Shown: positions 60,156 through 64,000 of the stretch, in pieces | How the letters are laid out: each line of letters opens with the position of its first letter | How positions within the stretch are numbered: position 1 is the stretch's first letter | Origin: Rhynchopus sp. YZ270_cl-10 | Lineage: Eukaryota | Direction of reading: 5' to 3' | Assembly: GCA_964035575.1 (NCBI GenBank) | Contig: OZ037836.1 | Span: forward strand, 434,001 to 498,000 | DNA: 64,000 nucleotides | Program-made: the position numbers and the translations under genes | The notes under the pieces: model-generated | Told to the model about the DNA's origin: nothing | What the model saw: only the letters and a program-made list of their open reading frames with translations | The model's database searches: none

Positions 60156-61967
60156 TTTTCTTTTCTTACTTCAAAAACTCTCTTTTTGAATTTACCGTAA
60201 ATGTAAATATATCAGTCGTTCCCCCGAAAAGTGTCAATTTGGTGGACCACCTTTCACTACCGTAAATGTAAATATATGTTGGACCGAAAAAAATGTTGCA
60301 ACTGCCCAAAAAACGCTCGACCGTTCCCACATTATTTGCGTTCCAAGATACCGTGGTGTCTTTAATTTTCGAAACAAAAAAACGACCCGAAATTCGAGAA
60401 GGAAAGTTATACTACTGGACGGTTTTAGTTTTTTGGTTGAGACACACCAATGCGTTGTGTCGGTTCTGTGGAATGAACCACTGAACCACTCATATCCTGT
60501 ATCACATCGTTGATTATTTCCTTGCGCTAACTGCAGCGGAAAGTTCGCGAAAATATCGCGGCCAGGATTCTGGAAAAAAAAAATGAAAAAGCAGAGAGTT
60601 AAAAAGAAGAAGAAAGGCAAAAAAAAAAAAACATAAGTTTTTTGATAAATTGTTGGAGTAGTGTAGTTGCCTTGGTTATGTTGCCACAGTTTTGCAATCT
60701 CCACTGTCTTTTTTTTCTGTCCAGTGTTTTGTGTGTGTGTGTTAGCGGAGAAGGACACAGTTTCTGATATTAATCCTGTGTCAGTTTTCTCTTTAACAAG
60801 ACGAGGACTCCCGCGCACACCAGATAGTGCCGCTGTGCGCAAAGACAAAAAATATAACTCTTCCTTTTTTAGATAGATATTCAGTCAAAAGAAACGAAAA
60901 AAAGGGAAAAAAAGAGAGAAAGTTTTTTTTTTCTCGTGAATCGCTCGAATTAGTGTCCCTGAGTGAATGAGTATAGGGAGTAATTCTGCAAAGCACTTTC
61001 TAAAAACAGAGGTTTATCATCATATGACGATTCTCGTTTTTACAAAAAAAAAAAAAAAAAAACAGAGGGGGCTCCCTAAAAAGGAGTATTTTGGATAAAA
61101 AGGTTCAAAAAGCGCGTGTTTCTGGGTCAAGAAAGAGGGAAAAAATAGTGAGGGGAGTTGGGTCCAGTCATAGGGGGTATAGCATATTTTTTGGAAAATT
61201 CTTCAAAAAAACAACGATTTTTGCTGGGCACAATGCAAATTTCAGAAAAATCCCAATTTTCGACTGGTTGAGCAAATTATGGCCCACCCACCCCGATTGT
61301 GTGTCAAAAACAGACTTCAGAATGTTTCTAGAAAGTATTACCCTTATCAGAGGGCGCAATACAGAACGCGATTTAATTGGGGTCAAACGCCGAAGGAACA
61401 GGAAGCATGCAGTATGGCGAGAGAATAAAAGTAGCGCACCGTACGCCTTCGGCGCAAGCTTGCAACCCACCCTTCGCGTGACATAGTTTGGCACTAAAAA
61501 CGTGCAATTTGAGCGCAATTTTTAGAAATGTTGCGTACCGTTGCTTCGCCATGGGTGCCATGACCGCCGTTTCTTTTGTAAATGTATTGAGATTACTGAT
61601 ACTGCGTGTGCCCATTGCAAATATCAATGTAGTGTCGAACTCCGCAGTAGGATAATCGAGGAATTCTCACATTCTGCCGGAGGCCCGAACGAGCTGGGTT
61701 GGGCTCGACCGAGTAATGACCGAGTTTCAGCGAAAACCCCCAAAACCTATATTCCCCTGGGGTTTAGTTCTGCGATAGATGAGATGTGAAATACTACGGT
61801 GTCAATAACTATCTTCGCCCACACAGGAAAACGGGAAACGAAACAGGGGGAAAGTTTGTTAGTTGTACGCTTCCACCCTTCCACACACACTCAGGACTGT
61901 TGTGATGCTCTTTTTATAATCTTTTCAATTATTTGCTTTTCTTCTTCTACTTTTTCTTTGTTTCTTT

Positions 61968-62003
<36 letters not shown>

Positions 62004-63394
62004 AAAACTGAATGTTTACAAAAACAGAGCCAAATAGAAAAGGTAAGAAAATGAAAGTCCTGAAGTACAGAAAGTGGTGTGTGAGAAGGGAGGAGCACAA
62101 GTGAGGGTGAAAACAGTTAGAGCGACCGTAGCATTTCCCCTGTCAACTGCGTTTGACCTATAATAAAAAAACACCACTATTCTGCCTCAGTACAGGTCCC
62201 AACCTGCTTGTTCGTTTTCTTTTCCGACGGTCACTCAATTTTTCGACTCGCTGCGCTCGCGGACAAACCATCAACCCCCCACGATTTCCTAAAAACCCGA
62301 AAGTTAGCGTCAGGCCTGCGCGGGAAAATCTCAAAAACAGGAGAGGAAAATAAAACGAAAAAAAATCTCGGATTTTCAGCGAAAATAAGGATCCACCCTG
62401 CACCGGGAAGAGGAGAAAGGTATCGCTGCCGCCTCGTCGCAAAATCGTTAGTACGTTCGCACTGCTCACACTTGTACTGAACCCGTAAATGCCAGACGTC
62501 GCCCGTGTTCCACGTCACGTCGATAAAATCCTTCGCCGATGTGTACGCACTGCCGATGCTGGACACCGTAGTGTTCTGCTGCATGAGGTATGATGCCGCA
62601 TGATGGCAAGGAACAACGCTGCAAGCACAATAACATCCACATTTAACATTCCAGTTCGGTATGACCAAGAGCTCCGAACTGCGCCGCAGGCCCCCAATTG
62701 CATAGGGGGGTCTGGGGGGTTTGGGGGGTTCGGGGGGCGAAGCCCCCCGGCGCTTTTTTTTTGGACTTTCGGGCCAGAAAAACCGAAAATTTGGGTTGAA
62801 ATGGGCATTTTCCTAAGTAAAAACCACGAAATTTCGGGTGCGCGAAACCACGTTTTAGACCCCCACAGATGCTCAAAAGTGTCAAATTCTGGTTTTAACG
62901 GCCTCAAATCGTCGAAATTAGCCCTATATAGGCGGAAAAAAATTTGCGAGAGTCCCTTTCTATAAGTCAAAATAGCTGGAAAGTGGGGCGGGAGGGTCCG
63001 TAGTCCGAGGGTCCCTAAAACATTCGAAAACATTTTTTTCCCGGCTATTTCTCAGTTTTTGCTGGGGAAAAACATTTTTTTCCCCTTTGTATCTCAGTTT
63101 TGGCAAAGGTAAAAAACACTTTTTGAACTTTTTTGCGATTTTTTAACATGTTTTAGGGAGCCCCCAGAAGAAGAAAAAAATTACAAGATGAATGTGCCTC
63201 TCTTTAGAGATGTGCACACCTCTCTTCTATTGCTGTCCCCACTGTGAAAAGTGTATCTGGGACACAGAAAAAAATAGAAAATGAAAAAACAAAAGCAGAA
63301 CAAAGAAAAGAAAAATTTGCAAAAAAAAAAAAAAAAAAAAAAAATGTGACTGACATTGTGTCATATCTCTTTACTGTCCCCACTGTGGAAATAC

Positions 63395-64000
63395 TTAGTG
63401 ATACTCTGGTGCGGGTGGGGAGTAGTCGCATTTCGCTACAATGTCCTTAAGGTAGCTAATTTCGTGCCGTTCGAAGATGGGGCCTTCTGCGACACCTGAT
63501 ATTGCCGCTGTTGCTGCCTCCCACTTCTCGGCGATGATGTGCTCCCAGATCGCGTTCCAGACGACAAACTTGCTTGAGGCATCAAGGTTCGCAAGCTCGT
63601 ACATCCATTCCGAGTCGTCTGTGGTCGCACGTTTGCGTGCCTCGTAGATCCGGATGAGCCCCTTACGCAGACGCTTTGGGAACTTCACCGCACCCACTGT
63701 CTTGAACTCAAAGTACCGCTCGCACGTCTCCGAGGCAAACATATCCACAACCCCATGGAAGTCAAGCCTCCGGTTCACCCTCTCCAGTGCATAGCTCCAC
63801 CCCACAGCCGGCGACGTGATGGTGATCTTCTTCATCCCAAGGCACCCGAGCGCCTCCACGCGACCTGTCCCCGCAGTGCAGCCAAAGGAGAGCACCAACG
63901 GCGAGCAGTGTGCTGGCATTGCGATTAGTGAAATGCCGGCGCGCGACTTGAGCGCACAGTTGATGGCCTGGGCACGGTGCTGCGTGTTGACGGTGAAGGC
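63395..64000 (-). CDS. Cyclase-like receptor paralog, C-terminal part (continues beyond the window end)
   Basis: Nearly identical to 37786-38391. The frame is open to the window edge. Confidence 0.88.
   Translation of the reverse strand, partial: AFTVNTQHRAQAINCALKSRAGISLIAMPAHCSPLVLSFGCTAGTGRVEALGCLGMKKITITSPAVGWSYALERVNRRLDFHGVVDMFASETCERYFEFKTVGAVKFPKRLRKGLIRIYEARKRATTDDSEWMYELANLDASSKFVVWNAIWEHIIAEKWEAATAAISGVAEGPIFERHEISYLKDIVAKCDYSPPAPEYH

Noticed and set aside
56500..63300. Numerous short Lys/Phe-rich ORFs
   Set aside because: Arise from poly(A)/poly(T) tracts and fragments of dispersed repeats.

Overview
Eukaryotic, repeat-rich genomic DNA. A euglenozoan, probably a diplonemid, is my inference from the intronless, co-oriented genes, an HSP70 starting [12 protein letters not shown] and a receptor-type cyclase-like gene. 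All recognisable host genes lie on the minus strand. (i) A family sharing a near-identical ubiquitin-like (Ubl) N-terminal module: three intact Ubl-LRR-CaaX genes with 5, 9 and 8 variable 25-aa LRRs, one frameshifted chimeric copy, one internally deleted copy, and one copy where the module is fused to a GREB1/base-J-glucosyltransferase-like GT-A domain. (ii) Two HSP70 genes encoding identical proteins that lack the C-terminal EEVD. (iii) A membrane receptor with a degenerate class III cyclase domain, plus a partial paralog. The most striking mobile element is a 5'-truncated CRE-like (RLE-type) non-LTR retrotransposon at 14120-18413. It has an OTU-like cysteine protease and a zinc finger downstream of its endonuclease, and is flanked by a 188-bp direct duplication supported by an empty-site paralog at about 23.4-23.7 kb. 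The rest is a mosaic of non-autonomous DNA transposons (hAT, PIF/Harbinger-like, Tc1/mariner-like, piggyBac-like), including a four-level nest at 49.5-56.5 kb, plus minisatellites and segmental duplications. All domain calls were made by eye; no database searches were run.
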